This document shows positions 41,293-57,416 of a DNA stretch of 64,000 nt, piece after piece. The first letter of the stretch is position 1, and each line of letters starts with the position of its first letter. The stretch is from Eledone cirrhosa (lineage: Eukaryota). The notes beneath the pieces are model-generated. The model had not been told where the DNA came from. It ran no database searches and was given only the letters and a program-made list of their open reading frames with translations. The DNA lies in assembly GCA_964016885.1 (NCBI GenBank), contig OZ024741.1:138942001-139006000 (forward strand), given 5' to 3'. The position numbers and the translations under genes are program-made.

Positions 41293-41293
<1 letters not shown>
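40564..41293 (-). mobile_element. Non-coding element: two ~215-bp direct repeats 516 bp apart, each with a degenerate hammerhead
   Basis: 40564-40780 matches 41083-41293; HHR motifs at 40619-40695 and 41135-41211 (ACTCC-CT(G/T)ATGA...GAAA-CTAATT(A/T)G-TT-(G/C)GAGT). Confidence 0.75.
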
Positions 41294-41348
<55 letters not shown>

Positions 41349-41420
41349 ACACACATACATATATATCTATATATATATGTGTGTGTGTGTTTGTGTGTGT
41401 GTGTATGTGTGTGTGTGTGT

Positions 41421-42422
41421 ATACTTCATAAACAACAATCAAAGAATGTTTAGAACATTTAATCACTTGCGATCGTTTCATCCTAGCACAAGGCCGACAA
41501 CATCCGAGTATATAATAAAGGTTGAAACAAATATAACATCAGAAGTTTGTCATAAGAACATTATGAGAATACATAATATGGGAAAGAAGCATAACTATCA
41601 ACATTTATATAAGAAAAGATAACAAAGGCAGAAGACATATTATGAAAAATAGGAACATATAAATGGAATAAATTTTGTAGTAACCGCCAACTAACGATAA
41701 ATTTTCAAACTCTATGTTAAGATGAGTTATTTATGCTTAGCATATAAGACTTTCTTTTCTCTATTCAAATATGTGGTGCTTTTTCCGATGATAGAACTTA
41801 TTTTATATTGGAGTTTTACTTTGCTGATTATATTTACTCAACATTAATTTCTTTAATGGTTTGATTAACATAATAACAATTTAACCTATATTTGAACTTT
41901 ATTTTGCTGACTATACTCATTCAGCATTATTATTACAATAGAATGGTTTGAAAACTAATAGTTTATCTTTATGACTGAATGACGCGGTTGAAATTTTTAT
42001 ATCCATTTAAAAAAATATCTTTTCGAGATGTATTTTTTTATATTTTTAAATTTATATTTAAATTGCATACCTGCTCTTATTAACTTTCTAAAACTTTTGT
42101 AATGCTTATGATGCATGTTTATTTACTACTTAACATATATGTCTTGCACTATAATTAACTTCTCTAGAGCAGCATGTGTTTAACATTTTTAACGCTTTTA
42201 GTTGCTCCTAATTTTATTTTATTGCATTTATATGCTCATAGATTTCATATGCTTCCTCCCCATATAATGTATCCTCATAATGTTCTTGTGAAAAACTTCT
42301 GATATTATATTTGTGTTTCAAACTTTATTATATACTCCGATGAAAGCGGCCTTATGCTATGATGAAACGATCGCAAATGATTAAATGCTCCAAACATTCT
42401 TTCATTGCTGTTTATAAAGTAT
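41421..42422. repeat. Diverged ~165-bp inverted repeats with an HHR-like relic
   Basis: 41421-41583 is the reverse complement of 42257-42422; CCGATGA...GAAACGATCG at 42337-42373. Confidence 0.7.
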
Positions 42423-42548
42423 TTGGGCTCTGTAATATACTTGTTATTTTACATTGAACTATTCTCATACTTGTAATTGGATAATATTTAACATTACCCA
42501 AATTATGTATATATATATATATATTTTGAGTATATGTTGGTTGTTTAC

Positions 42549-42746
42549 TTCTCCGGAACATGTAGACACCTCAGGGCCGGGACCTTCCTCAACCTATATG
42601 GACAATAACAACACACTAGGATGGGAATGCCCCTCAAACTATAGGGAATTCTCCGGAACATGTAGACACCTCAGGGCCTGGACCTTCCTCAAGCTATATG
42701 GACATTAACAACACATTGGGACGGGAACTTCCCTCTAGCTATAAGG
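42549..42746. repeat. ~101-bp tandem duplication
   Basis: TTCTCCGGAACATGTAGACACCTCAGGGCC at 42549 and 42651. Confidence 0.9.
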
Positions 42747-43804
42747 ACAGCAAACTCACCACACCGAGCCCACGGTAAACCACCCCTGCAGAATCACCAC
42801 CCCTTGCAGAATCGCCACCACTACCCCTGCCTCGATCGAGTCCTGTGACAGCACATACTTATGCATATGTCCATACATAGATACTGTTATTTAAGATTGT
42901 ACATGCACAGATACTTACATGTGTGTGTGTGCTTGTGGGTGTGTGTGTGTGCATGTGTGTGTGTGGGTGTATGTGGGTGTGTGTGTGGGTTATAATGCGT
43001 GCGTGTGTGTGTGTGTGATATGTACTCTATGCCGAAATAGGAACTGTAGTCCTCTGCATTTACGGATTTTAACACTCAGGTTCAGGTGTTTTACACTCCA
43101 CCCTTGTCTCATTTCGTCTTAGAACGCACCACACCATAATAGTGTAAAGATTGTGGTCCTTTGCACTTCTCGATTTTGACACACAACCTTTCTATTTCGG
43201 TTAATATCTTCCAAATCTTTCAAACTTTGCGATTGGTTATAACACACACGCATTTTATTTTATTCTTTTATTATCTTATTCTTTTTTATTCTTTTTTTTT
43301 TTGTTTATTTATTTTTGTTTGTGTTTATTTTCTTCATTTTATTGCCTTATATTCTTTTATTTATCCATTTTACTTTATCCTACTACATCTGTTTGGCACC
43401 CCGCACCACCACCACCGGCGGGAAATGGTGGTGGATAGATGCCAACACACACACACACAAATTCTTCTAAAAATGGCAGCAGCCGAAATAAAGCGGACCT
43501 GACTAATGATCCCCTAACACCAAAACCACTAACAACACAAAGCAGGAGGTCAGCTGTACTTAACAAAAATAACCACAACTGATTGCCTTGCCTCAGAAAA
43601 ATTTCTAAAGACTTTTGACTGAAGAATGTTCTCACAACTGACCAATGGGAGAGAATGTCCTTTGACACCGAAATTCGTTTGTTCAAATTCATATGATTCC
43701 AGATCCTCAGAGAAATAACAACCCAACCAGGAACTGGGCATATCGGAGTATTGACGGGGTTAAATACTTCAACAACATAGAAACCTGTCTCTACCACACC
43801 AATT

Positions 43805-43862
43805 CAGACTGTCTGAAGAGGGCACAGCCAAGGATGGCTGTCACCAAAATATATATAGCTGT
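43805..43862 (+). ncRNA. Degenerate hammerhead (G12 changed to A) upstream of AATAAA
   Basis: CTGAAGA-GG..ACAGCCA AGGA TGGCTGT..CC-AAAA-TATATA-TA; stem I weak. Confidence 0.4.
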
Positions 43863-44062
43863 ACACCTTTAATAAACGAAGCCAAATTTTAAATATTTGA
43901 CTTAATTATTTTATTTTATTATATATATATATATATGTGTATGTGTGGGTGTGTGCGTGAGTGGGTGTTTGTGTGTGAGTGTGCGTGTGCGTGTGTGTGT
44001 GTGTGAGTATGTGTGTGTATGGATTTATATATATATATTCCGATTCATATCAAAGTCGATTG

Positions 44063-44145
<83 letters not shown>

Positions 44146-45576
44146 ATATATATATATATATAGTAATAATAATAAATTTGAAGACTAAAATCCAAAGAGG
44201 GCTCGATAAGAATAAATATATATCAAATATATATGAACCGTAGAGCAAATATTTATTAAAATAACAGATTTAAGCAAAGAATCGCTGCTTTCACCCTTAA
44301 CGGGATCTTCTGAAACTAACAAAGTCAATCTGTGAAAGCAGAAGTGAATATTTCAAAAAACGTTGCAGCCGGAGGAAGACAGGAAGACGATACTTTGGTT
44401 CGTGAAAACATTCCCTGGCAAAGAACGGGAAAAAACGAATATAATACGTCATTATTTGGAGCAGTAAAAACAATTACACGCAAAGACAAAACCACGTTTA
44501 TGGTATAAAAGAAGTCGTAGACAAATATTCTATTAGGTGGTTCATAGAGACGTTCTCAGCCAATGAACGAAAAAAACCAAGATAATACGTCATATGTGGA
44601 GCGGGGAGAACAATTGCACGCAAGTCAAAACCACGTAAATGGTATAACTTAAGTCGTAGACTAAAATTCTAACTAGGAAACCGAATGATTCTCGGCTTCA
44701 GATTTAATAATAAAGTAAATAAAATACAGAGGTAAATGAAATTAATATATACACGCATCCATATACGTACATACACAAGCATACGTGAAAACACTCGCCA
44801 TAGGTATACAAATACACGCACGTACACACAAACACCCCCCCCCCCCCCCCCAAAAAAAAAAAAACACACGCACATACAGTACCCACTCAACGCCTGTACC
44901 CGCACGCATACGAATGTATACACCAAATACACACAAAAGTATATATAAAAAAATATATATATTAATATATATATATATGTGTGTGTATGTGCGTATACAT
45001 ATAATTAACTATGCGTATGTGTGTATACATATAATTAAATAAACGTATATAAATAAATAAATACGTATATAACAAACGCACACACATACCTACATGTAAA
45101 TACACATATGTTCGGAGACCACGTCAACCAAAACACGGAGTACACATATAAAAACATCCTACACACATACGAACCCGCATACTCACACAGACGCAAAACT
45201 CACGTATACACATAACCAAAAGTATATGTACAAGAATATATAATATATATGCCATAACACATACAATCAAATATGCGTACGAGGAAGTATACTCCAAGAA
45301 TGACATGCATGGGAATTCGCGCACACTGGCTACCTAACTAAGGAATCCTCTTGTTGAATCAAACAACACCTTACGTTAAAACTCTCCATAGTACAGAGTA
45401 CTCACAACCTCAAACTGGATTACTTAAAACGATATATATATATATATATGTGTGTATGTATAAATATATATATATATATATACGTATATATATATGTATA
45501 TATGTATATGTATATATGTATGTATATAGTTATGTGTATATAAATATATATATATATACGTGAATTTAAATTCTAA

Positions 45577-45708
<132 letters not shown>

Positions 45709-45821
45709 TTGAACAAAAAATGAAAACGAAATTGCAGTTCTCACTCTTAGTACGGCACTTACTTAAATGTAAGTATGTGTGTATACGTACATACATATAT
45801 GTATACAGACGTACAGTTGCA

Positions 45822-45911
<90 letters not shown>

Positions 45912-46063
45912 CAGGTACACATACATATATGCACGTATCAGTTTAGCAGACGCTTATTATAACGCTGCTTTGTTCGTTTGTAAACAAACTGAACATCCTG
46001 AATGTTTATGCCGTACGGTGTTAAGGCAACCACGTCACCTTTTTGTTAAACACTGACACAGGA

Positions 46064-46106
46064 ACCATGTACTAGTTTCAAGCTTGTTAGCTATCATCAG
46101 CACCGT
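46064..46106 (-). ncRNA. Minimal type I hammerhead
   Basis: ACGGTG-CTGATGA-T-AGCT AACA AGCT-T-GAAA-CTAG-TA-CATGGT (one stem I mismatch). Confidence 0.8.
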
Positions 46107-46342
46107 ATACCCATCTGCCAGATAGTTGAACGTTCGAAAGTATATACTTTCCTTATGAAAATTAACGGCTGAGCAGCCTAATTTGCATATCGAGTGAGCT
46201 AAGTCGGTCAGGCATACCGAAAACGATGAGTTGAAAAAAAATGAAAACGAAATTTCATTTCTCACTCTTAATACGGCACTTACTTAAATGTAATTATGTG
46301 TGTATACGTACATACATATATGTATACAGACGTACAGTAGCA

Positions 46343-46414
<72 letters not shown>

Positions 46415-46566
46415 CAGGTACACATACATATATGCACGTATCAGTTTAGCAGACGCTTATTATAACGCCGCTTTGTTCGTTTGTAAACAAACTGAACAGC
46501 CTGAATTTTTATGCCGTACGGTGTTAAGGCAACCACGTCACCTTTTTGTTCAACACTGACACAGGA

Positions 46567-46609
46567 ACGATGTACTAGTTTCAAGCTTGTTAGCTATCAT
46601 CAGCACCGT
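46567..46609 (-). ncRNA. Minimal type I hammerhead
   Basis: ACGGTG-CTGATGA-T-AGCT AACA AGCT-T-GAAA-CTAG-TA-CATCGT; full 6-bp stem I. Confidence 0.85.
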
Positions 46610-46846
46610 ATACCCATCTAACAGATAGTTGAACGTTCGAAAGTATATACTTTCCTTATGAAAATTAACGGCTGAGCAGCCTAATTTGCATATCGAGTGA
46701 GCTAAGTCGGTCAGGCATACCGAAAACGATGAGTTGAAAAAAAAATGAAAACGAAATTTCATTTCTCACTCTTAGTACGGCACTTACTTAAATGTAAGTA
46801 TGTGTGTATACGTACATACATATATGTATACAGACGTACAGTAGCA

Positions 46847-46885
<39 letters not shown>

Positions 46886-46983
46886 ACATACAGGTACACA
46901 TACATATATGCACGTATCAGTTTAGCAGACGCTTATTATGCCGATATGCTAAACTGATACGTGCATATATGTATGTGTACCTG

Positions 46984-47019
<36 letters not shown>

Positions 47020-47072
47020 TGCTACTGTACCTCTGTATACATATATGTATGTACGTATACACACATACTTAC

Positions 47073-49468
<2,396 letters not shown>

Positions 49469-49477
49469 AGAGAGAGA

Positions 49478-49985
49478 GAATTAGAATTTACATTCACGCA
49501 TAGTTGTATACAGATTGGAATTTTGTATTTCTAAAGAAATACCGTATGCTTAAAATAAACAGTTGCTGAACATCAGTAGCTAACGCCATCTGGCGGTGTC
49601 CAGCAGTAGCAAGGGGGTCAATCGCTGATGCGCTTTTCGAACTGATTTGGCCCTCATTAGGACGATCCCTCCACTCTTGCAACTGCTGGTATTTGAAAGC
49701 AGGCGAAGTTGGCTCAACTTATGGTAGATTAGAATTAGAATTTAGTTTCAATCATAGTTGCATACAGATATGTATTGGAATTTCGTATTTCTAAAGATAT
49801 ACGGTATGTTTGAAATAAACACTTAGAGAGCCGTAGCTATGCCAAAACACCAGTGGCTAACGCCATCTGGCGGTGTCCATCAGTAGCAAAGGAGACAATC
49901 GCCGATGTGCATTGAAAACTCAACTGGTTCTCTTCAGGACGATCCCTCCCACTCTTACAATTGCTGGCATTTGAAAACAGGTGAG
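49478..49985. repeat. Diverged ~255-bp tandem duplication
   Basis: GAATTAGAATTTA, GCTAACGCCATCTGGCGGTGTCCA and GGACGATCCCTCC each occur twice. Confidence 0.8.
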
Positions 49986-50091
49986 AATATATGTATATAT
50001 GTATATATATTTATGTATGTTTTTTGTCTTTGAACTCGTCCCATGGACTGAGTGCTCTACCACTACGTATATTACCTTCCATTATTCTACC

Positions 50092-50149
<58 letters not shown>

Positions 50150-50952
50150 TATAGTATGACTGAACAAAAAAGAAAAACAAACACAGACATATACATATAT
50201 GTGTGTTCAAATCGTAATGAACCACAGTCCCTAAGGTGAAAAGCATACTAACTACAGACAATAGGGTTTGCTAGACTCAATTTAAGAATAAATCAAGAAA
50301 ATTAAATACAAACCGGAATTGTGGTAACTACCGATCACCCGGACAGTTTTGATAGTACTCGTTCAGTTATACTATACGGCTCGGAAAAACCTCTTTCCTA
50401 GAGCTAATTTACTGTAAAGAGACTATTTTGAGTTTCTAACCCAATTCATGCGTTAATTCGTGGAGCTAATTCAAATGTCGAGTAAACCCGGCTGCTGGTT
50501 TTAGCGGCGTGAGTCTGCGAGACACGCTAAGTTCGGGAACCATGTGCGTTACATATACACACACTATCCAGTTTTTTATTATATTTAGAAGTGATGAGGA
50601 TACTAATAATTCTTCACCCGCTGATGAGCTAGGAGTTTGGTATTCCTCTTCACAAATAATATTGCAAAACAGTACTATCAAAACTGTCCGGGTGATCGGT
50701 AGTTACCACAATTCTGGTTTGTATTTATTATTCTTGTTTTATTCTTAAATTGAGTCTAGCAAACCCTATTGTCTGTAGTTAGTATTCTTTTCACCTTAGT
50801 GATTCTGGTCCATTACGATTTGAAAACATATATGTATATGTCTGTCTTCGTTTTTCATTTTTGTTCAGTTATACTATACGGCTCGGATAAACCTCTTTCC
50901 TGGGGTAATTTATTGTAATGAGATTATTTTCAATTTCTAACTCAATACATGC
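50150..50952 (+). mobile_element. Non-coding HHR element: inverted segment + 502-bp unit + ~90-bp tandem tail
   Basis: 50150-50359 is the inverse of 50671-50878; 50361-50452 matches 50863-50952; flanked by (TA)n. Confidence 0.82.
50614..50695 (+). ncRNA. Type I hammerhead with G12 changed to A
   Basis: TCACCCG-CTGATGA-GC...GC-AAAA-CAGT..ACTG-TC-CGGGTGA; 7-bp stem I. Confidence 0.7.
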
Positions 50953-50955
50953 CTT

Positions 50956-51034
<79 letters not shown>

Positions 51035-52089
51035 CATTATGTTGAAAAGGTACCTTACTGTATTTTAAAGAGCTCTGGATTCCTTTTCCTTTGAGCACAT
51101 TATTGACAGGGAATAACGAGAGTCTATGGCTCCGTTAATTTATCGTGATATGTATATATGTAGGAGGAAAAATATATTTTTTTCCTTTTTTGTTTCTCTC
51201 TCTCTTTTTCTGGGTTAGAAAATGATTAAAACGAAATGTTTTACTTTGTGTGAAGTGTTAAGGTATTAATTGTGTATTTATTATTTAACAAAGCATTCAT
51301 TTATCTATTTATATGTTTAATAATTTTCTATTACCGGTTTAAGCATTTTTATGCATTATCAAATGATAGTTAAATGTATTAGTGTGGTGTCGCTCATGTT
51401 ATGGTGCAGAAAGAATAATGTTATTTACAAACAGGGTTTATGAAGTGAAAAGAAAAAAAGAAAAAAAGAAAAAAAGAAAAAAAGAAAAAAAGAAAAAAAG
51501 AAAAAAAGAAAAAAAAAACGGACGTAATGTAGAGCATAAAAAGTCAATGTGAAAGAAAAAATAATGTTATTTACAGGCATAGTTTTGAAGTTATGCAGAT
51601 CAAAATGTGTTAATATAGCAAGAGTGCTTAGTTGATCCATGATGACATATATATATATATATACATATTTTTATATATATATATATATATATGAAGGACC
51701 CCATGTGTCACTAATGACCATCGTCTTGCCCCTAGAATGTCTGGGCTCGGTTTGTTTGTGGAAGACCAGCAGTAGTCGCCCATACACACCCTTCTCTACG
51801 CTACATATGTTGTTTATTTCTACAGTTGAGCAAACTGAAATAAAGTAACTGGTATAAAGACACAACGTATCACCCCGTCCTAGTATTGTACCACAACATC
51901 TCAATTGCAAGTCAAACACCCTAACAACTAAGCCATGCGCCATTATATATATGTTGCAAGACTACTTATTTCATGTTGCTCTTTCTGCCAGAAAGTACAA
52001 TGGAGACATTGTTTTCTTGGTCAGATTTGATGATTTCCATCCCCGTTGGAAAGCTAATGGGCCATGGACCTTATCGATCGCTTTCTCAT

Positions 52090-52825
52090 CACGGTTAATA
52101 TGACGAAATCCCAAATCAATAATAGCCAATGAAATGGATGTTCCAGGAAAAACATTTGAACAAATACCAAGGATGATATACTTGGGTATATGGAATCATA
52201 AAAGGGGAAATTTTGACCGAAAATCAAAAGAATGATTGAAATAGTTAGAAAGACATTTCAGAAAATATCAAACATTCCATCATTTACCAGGGATATATTG
52301 CAATCAGCAAATGGGTAATTTTAACCAAAAATCAAAGAATTATTGAGATACTTAGAATGTCATTTGAAATATATGAAACGTGTTAAAAGCAGGAAAAGAT
52401 AATTAAAGCAACGTATATCGCATATTCTACGAAATGGGACTGAAACATGGATATTGGCGAACACATATTTAATAACATAACTAGCGTTTGAGATGTGGTT
52501 ATATAGAAGAACTTTAAGAAGAATATGATGGACAACCAACACAAGCAATGATGGTAAAACCTAGGGAAATATTATTAGATACAATCAGTAAGAGAAAAAC
52601 TAAATTATGTTGGACACTTAATTAGAAAAATATCGATTATTGAGTTTGTTCTTAAAAGAGGGAAAAGGAAAGAAAAAAAGAAGGAAAAGGGAAACCAAAA
52701 ATGGACATTATCGAGAAATGGCAGACTTAAAATACTTTAAAGGACCAATGATATCAAACGGAAGAGTGAAATGGCCACCCATGTTATTCAGCCTTCAGAG
52801 AGCAGGCGATATCATATGGTGTTTT
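52090..52825 (+). mobile_element. Old RTE-clade LINE 3' fragment
   Basis: Hand translation gives YLG, GTETW, LAFEMWLYRR, KLNYVGHLIR. Confidence 0.7.
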
Positions 52826-53329
52826 TCATGATACAATATACCACCTCGTCATTAATACATCTGAGGGTGGTGGATTGGTGGGATCAGTAGAATATCTGAA
52901 GAAAGGAAGTGCGGTTATTTAGTTCCAGGTCTACGTTCTGAGTTCACATTTCACAAAGGTAAAACTTGCCTTTCACATTTCCGTGGTTGATAACATAAGA
53001 GCCAGTTAAGTAAAACTGTGTGCACTCAAGTTGCTTTTGATCAGTGGCAGAACATTTAATCGACTCAATTTAATTATTTAAAAATTCATCATGTAACGAA
53101 AAATACGAACATCCGTATATATTTAGGCCAAAATTTTAAGTTCTGCAGTAATTCTAATTAGGGAATAATAAAAGACAAAACACATCTTCCATAGGAGCCA
53201 CATCAACACATTTTTAAAAAATTTATATTTACATTCGAACTTCCATTCTGACAAAAATATATTGAATAATGGTTGAATGACGACCTTTCGGTGCCTTTTG
53301 AAGAAAGAATATGAAGTAGGATATGTGGT

Positions 53330-53938
53330 GGCTGCCAACTCGTTTCGAGTACGGCCACTATTTTATATCCATGTAGGAGAACCCTGACAGATGGGTTGAA
53401 CGAGTGTGACTTTCGAGTCCAGCCAGCGACATGAAAACTCTGGTACAAACACTACACTTGTGACAATTATTGACACATAGTGCTAGGCCCATGGTACCAT
53501 GTCACGACAAGTACAGAGAGATCTCCAGATATAAAGCAAAGCCTGTGCCGTGAAGCTTTTATAGTGAGCAAAGGCAATGCACAAAGCCAGTCCCACTCTC
53601 TTAACCAAGATGATATTTACCAAAAAGAAGAACAAGTCAACATCATTGGATACCATCAGGGTTGCAGGTGCTATATCAGAGTTTTCCTTCTCCTAGAATT
53701 CTGCCTTGACAAAGGCTAAGAGGTCATCTCTCCCGGTGATTTTGGATGGCCATTGACTCTTAAGAGCTCCTTTGCCCTTTGACAGGTTTTGTTTTTAGTC
53801 CTGCAGGATGTCCAAAGTCACCCTCCTCACCAAGAAACCTTGGTGGGGTTGCCAGCTTAGTCGCCAACGACCCGATCATGAGACAGGTTGTACTGGGATA
53901 CATGTTACCAGTAGCACCAACTGGTGACCTGACATAAT
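53330..53938 (-). mobile_element. RTE-like 5' UTR plus start of the APE domain, bounded by 14-bp direct repeats
   Basis: LLHGYKIVAVLETSW resembles the APE motif YxIDIxALxETRW; CTAGGAGAAGGAAAACTCTGA block; GTAGGATATGTGGT at 53316 and 53939. Confidence 0.55.
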
Positions 53939-53951
53939 GTAGGATATGTGG

Positions 53952-53982
<31 letters not shown>

Positions 53983-53994
53983 TTAATATAGATG

Positions 53995-54045
53995 AGATTC
54001 TACAGGACTAGAACTGTTTCATTCATTAGAAATCATCAGGAATCT
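53995..54045 (-). ncRNA. Type I hammerhead in pLTR
   Basis: Exact reverse complement of 59880-59930. Confidence 0.85.
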
Positions 54046-54661
54046 GGGTATCAAAAAATAAAAATGGTATTTATAGGTCTCTACAAGTGGTAGGAGAGGG
54101 TGGGGAGTGGGATGGGTGCAGGTCATTGGTTGATAGAAAAGGGAATTCATTAAAAGCTAATTCTACAAAGCTATAGTTTATTTTTATTTATTTATGTTTT
54201 TAGAGTAACAAGGGCAGACAGAATTCTATAAACAGGTTCGGATGGCATACCAATCCTTGTCATTAAGTTTCTCTTAAGCTAACAGATGTCTATAAAATCA
54301 GTGGGGGGTCAGTCATGGTCGATAGAATTAAAGAAAAGGGAGATTCTTTAAAAGCTAAAATCATTAAGGTTCTACTAAGTGACAAAGGTCTAGAGAATTC
54401 TGCAGACAGATTCAAAATACTGAGTGCATATCTTACTATTATCTTCGAACTTCTCTTAAACTAATCAACTATATGCCAAAAATCAACAGACACATTCACA
54501 AAAAAACAAAAAAACAAAAAAACATACTCACTCACACACTTACGCGCAACCATAAACACACACACAAACACATATACACACATAAAAACACACACACATA
54601 TATAAAAATATATTCATATACATACATATACATACATATACATACACACATACATACATAC

Positions 54662-54756
<95 letters not shown>

Positions 54757-54951
54757 TATATATATATATATATACACACACACATATATATACACATACA
54801 CACACACATACACATACATACACACACACACACATATATACACAAATAAATACACTCACACACATACATACAAACACAAATATACATGTGTATACATATA
54901 CACACAAATACATATAGACATATATACATACATATACACAGACACATATAA

Positions 54952-55000
<49 letters not shown>

Positions 55001-55045
55001 CACACATACATACATACACGTATATATACACACACATACGTATAC

Positions 55046-55098
<53 letters not shown>

Positions 55099-55270
55099 TA
55101 TATACACACACATATATATATATAAACCACATACACACACATATATATATATACACATATACACACACATATACACACAAACACACACACACATATATAT
55201 ACATATACACACATATATATATATATACATTCATATATATAACCATATACATATATACATATATACACAT

Positions 55271-55313
<43 letters not shown>

Positions 55314-55356
55314 AACAAACATATATACACATACAAACACACACACACACATACAT

Positions 55357-55417
<61 letters not shown>

Positions 55418-55538
55418 CACACACATACACATATATAAGGAAAAAGCACCATACATACATATATATATACATATACACACATAAATACACACACCCATAT
55501 ATATACATATATATATACACACATATATACACACATAT

Positions 55539-55577
<39 letters not shown>

Positions 55578-55632
55578 AACATATACATATATATATATAA
55601 ATATACACACATATACATACATACACACACAC

Positions 55633-55709
<77 letters not shown>

Positions 55710-55777
55710 AGTCGATCGACTTTCGTCAAATCGGACCGAGGGAACAATGTTTCCGTTGGTCTTTCCAATTGCTAATA

Positions 55778-55905
55778 CTATCTATCGGTCGCAACTCCAG
55801 GTAGGTAGAAGGAGCAACGTGAAATAAAGTGTCTTGCCCAAGGACATAACGCATCGCATGGTCCAGGAATCGAACTCACAACCTTATGATTGCGAATCCA
55901 ATGTT
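55778..55905 (-). mobile_element. Fragment of a second tRNA-derived SINE family
   Basis: GAGTTCGATTCC B-box followed by GTCCTTGGGCAAGACACTT. Confidence 0.7.
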
Positions 55906-56181
55906 TGTATGTGTATATATATGTGTATATATGTATATATATATATATACACATACAAACACACATACAAATATACATATACACATACATATATATAAAC
56001 ATATATATACACACATATATACACGCATGTATATACATATATATATATATATACACATATATATATATATATACACATATATATACACATATATATATAT
56101 ATATATATACACACACATATACATATTATATATACACATATACACACACATACACACACACATATACACACACATACATTA

Positions 56182-56240
<59 letters not shown>

Positions 56241-56286
56241 CATATACACACACACATATATATATACACGCACACACATATATACA

Positions 56287-56331
<45 letters not shown>

Positions 56332-56490
56332 ATGCATATGTATAAATATTTATATATATATATATATATATACATATATATACATATATATATCCATACA
56401 TATACAAACATACACATACATACACAGACCTATACATAAATATACACATATATACACAGACATATAACGCATATATACACACATATATAC

Positions 56491-56555
<65 letters not shown>

Positions 56556-56617
56556 CGCATACACACATACACACACACACACACACACACAAATATATAT
56601 ACACACTCTCTCTCACG

Positions 56618-56697
<80 letters not shown>

Positions 56698-56781
56698 TAC
56701 ACATACATATACATACATATATGTACATATATACATACAAATACACACACACATATATATATACACACCTGCCCACACAAC

Positions 56782-56820
<39 letters not shown>

Positions 56821-56838
56821 GCACACACATACACACAT

Positions 56839-56877
<39 letters not shown>

Positions 56878-56878
56878 C

Positions 56879-56970
<92 letters not shown>

Positions 56971-57150
56971 ACATACATATACATACACATACATACATAA
57001 ACATACATACATACATACACATACATACATACATACATACATACATACATACACATATATACACATATATATATATATACATATATATACACATATATAT
57101 ACATACATATACATACATAAATATACACACATAAAACACATATACACACA

Positions 57151-57200
<50 letters not shown>

Positions 57201-57416
57201 TACATATACACACATACAAACAAATATATACACATACAAATAAATAGGTACTCAATAAATATACGCATATACGCAGGCACATAAAGACACCTCTACAGGC
57301 AGAAAATGTAGATACGAAAGAGGTGCTCACATAACCATAGTGGCCGTATTTCAGGTAGAGGAGGGGTGGGGGTAGGGTGCGGAGGAGGTATAGGGACCAA
57401 TAGGGGGAGGTCGTTT

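Noticed and set aside
44441-44670. ~90-bp diverged direct repeats about 140 bp apart
   Set aside because: Real, but no structure or motif beyond a local duplication
49583-49873. CGCCATCTGGCGG CTCF-like motif twice
   Set aside because: Short motif inside a tandem duplication; function cannot be supported from sequence
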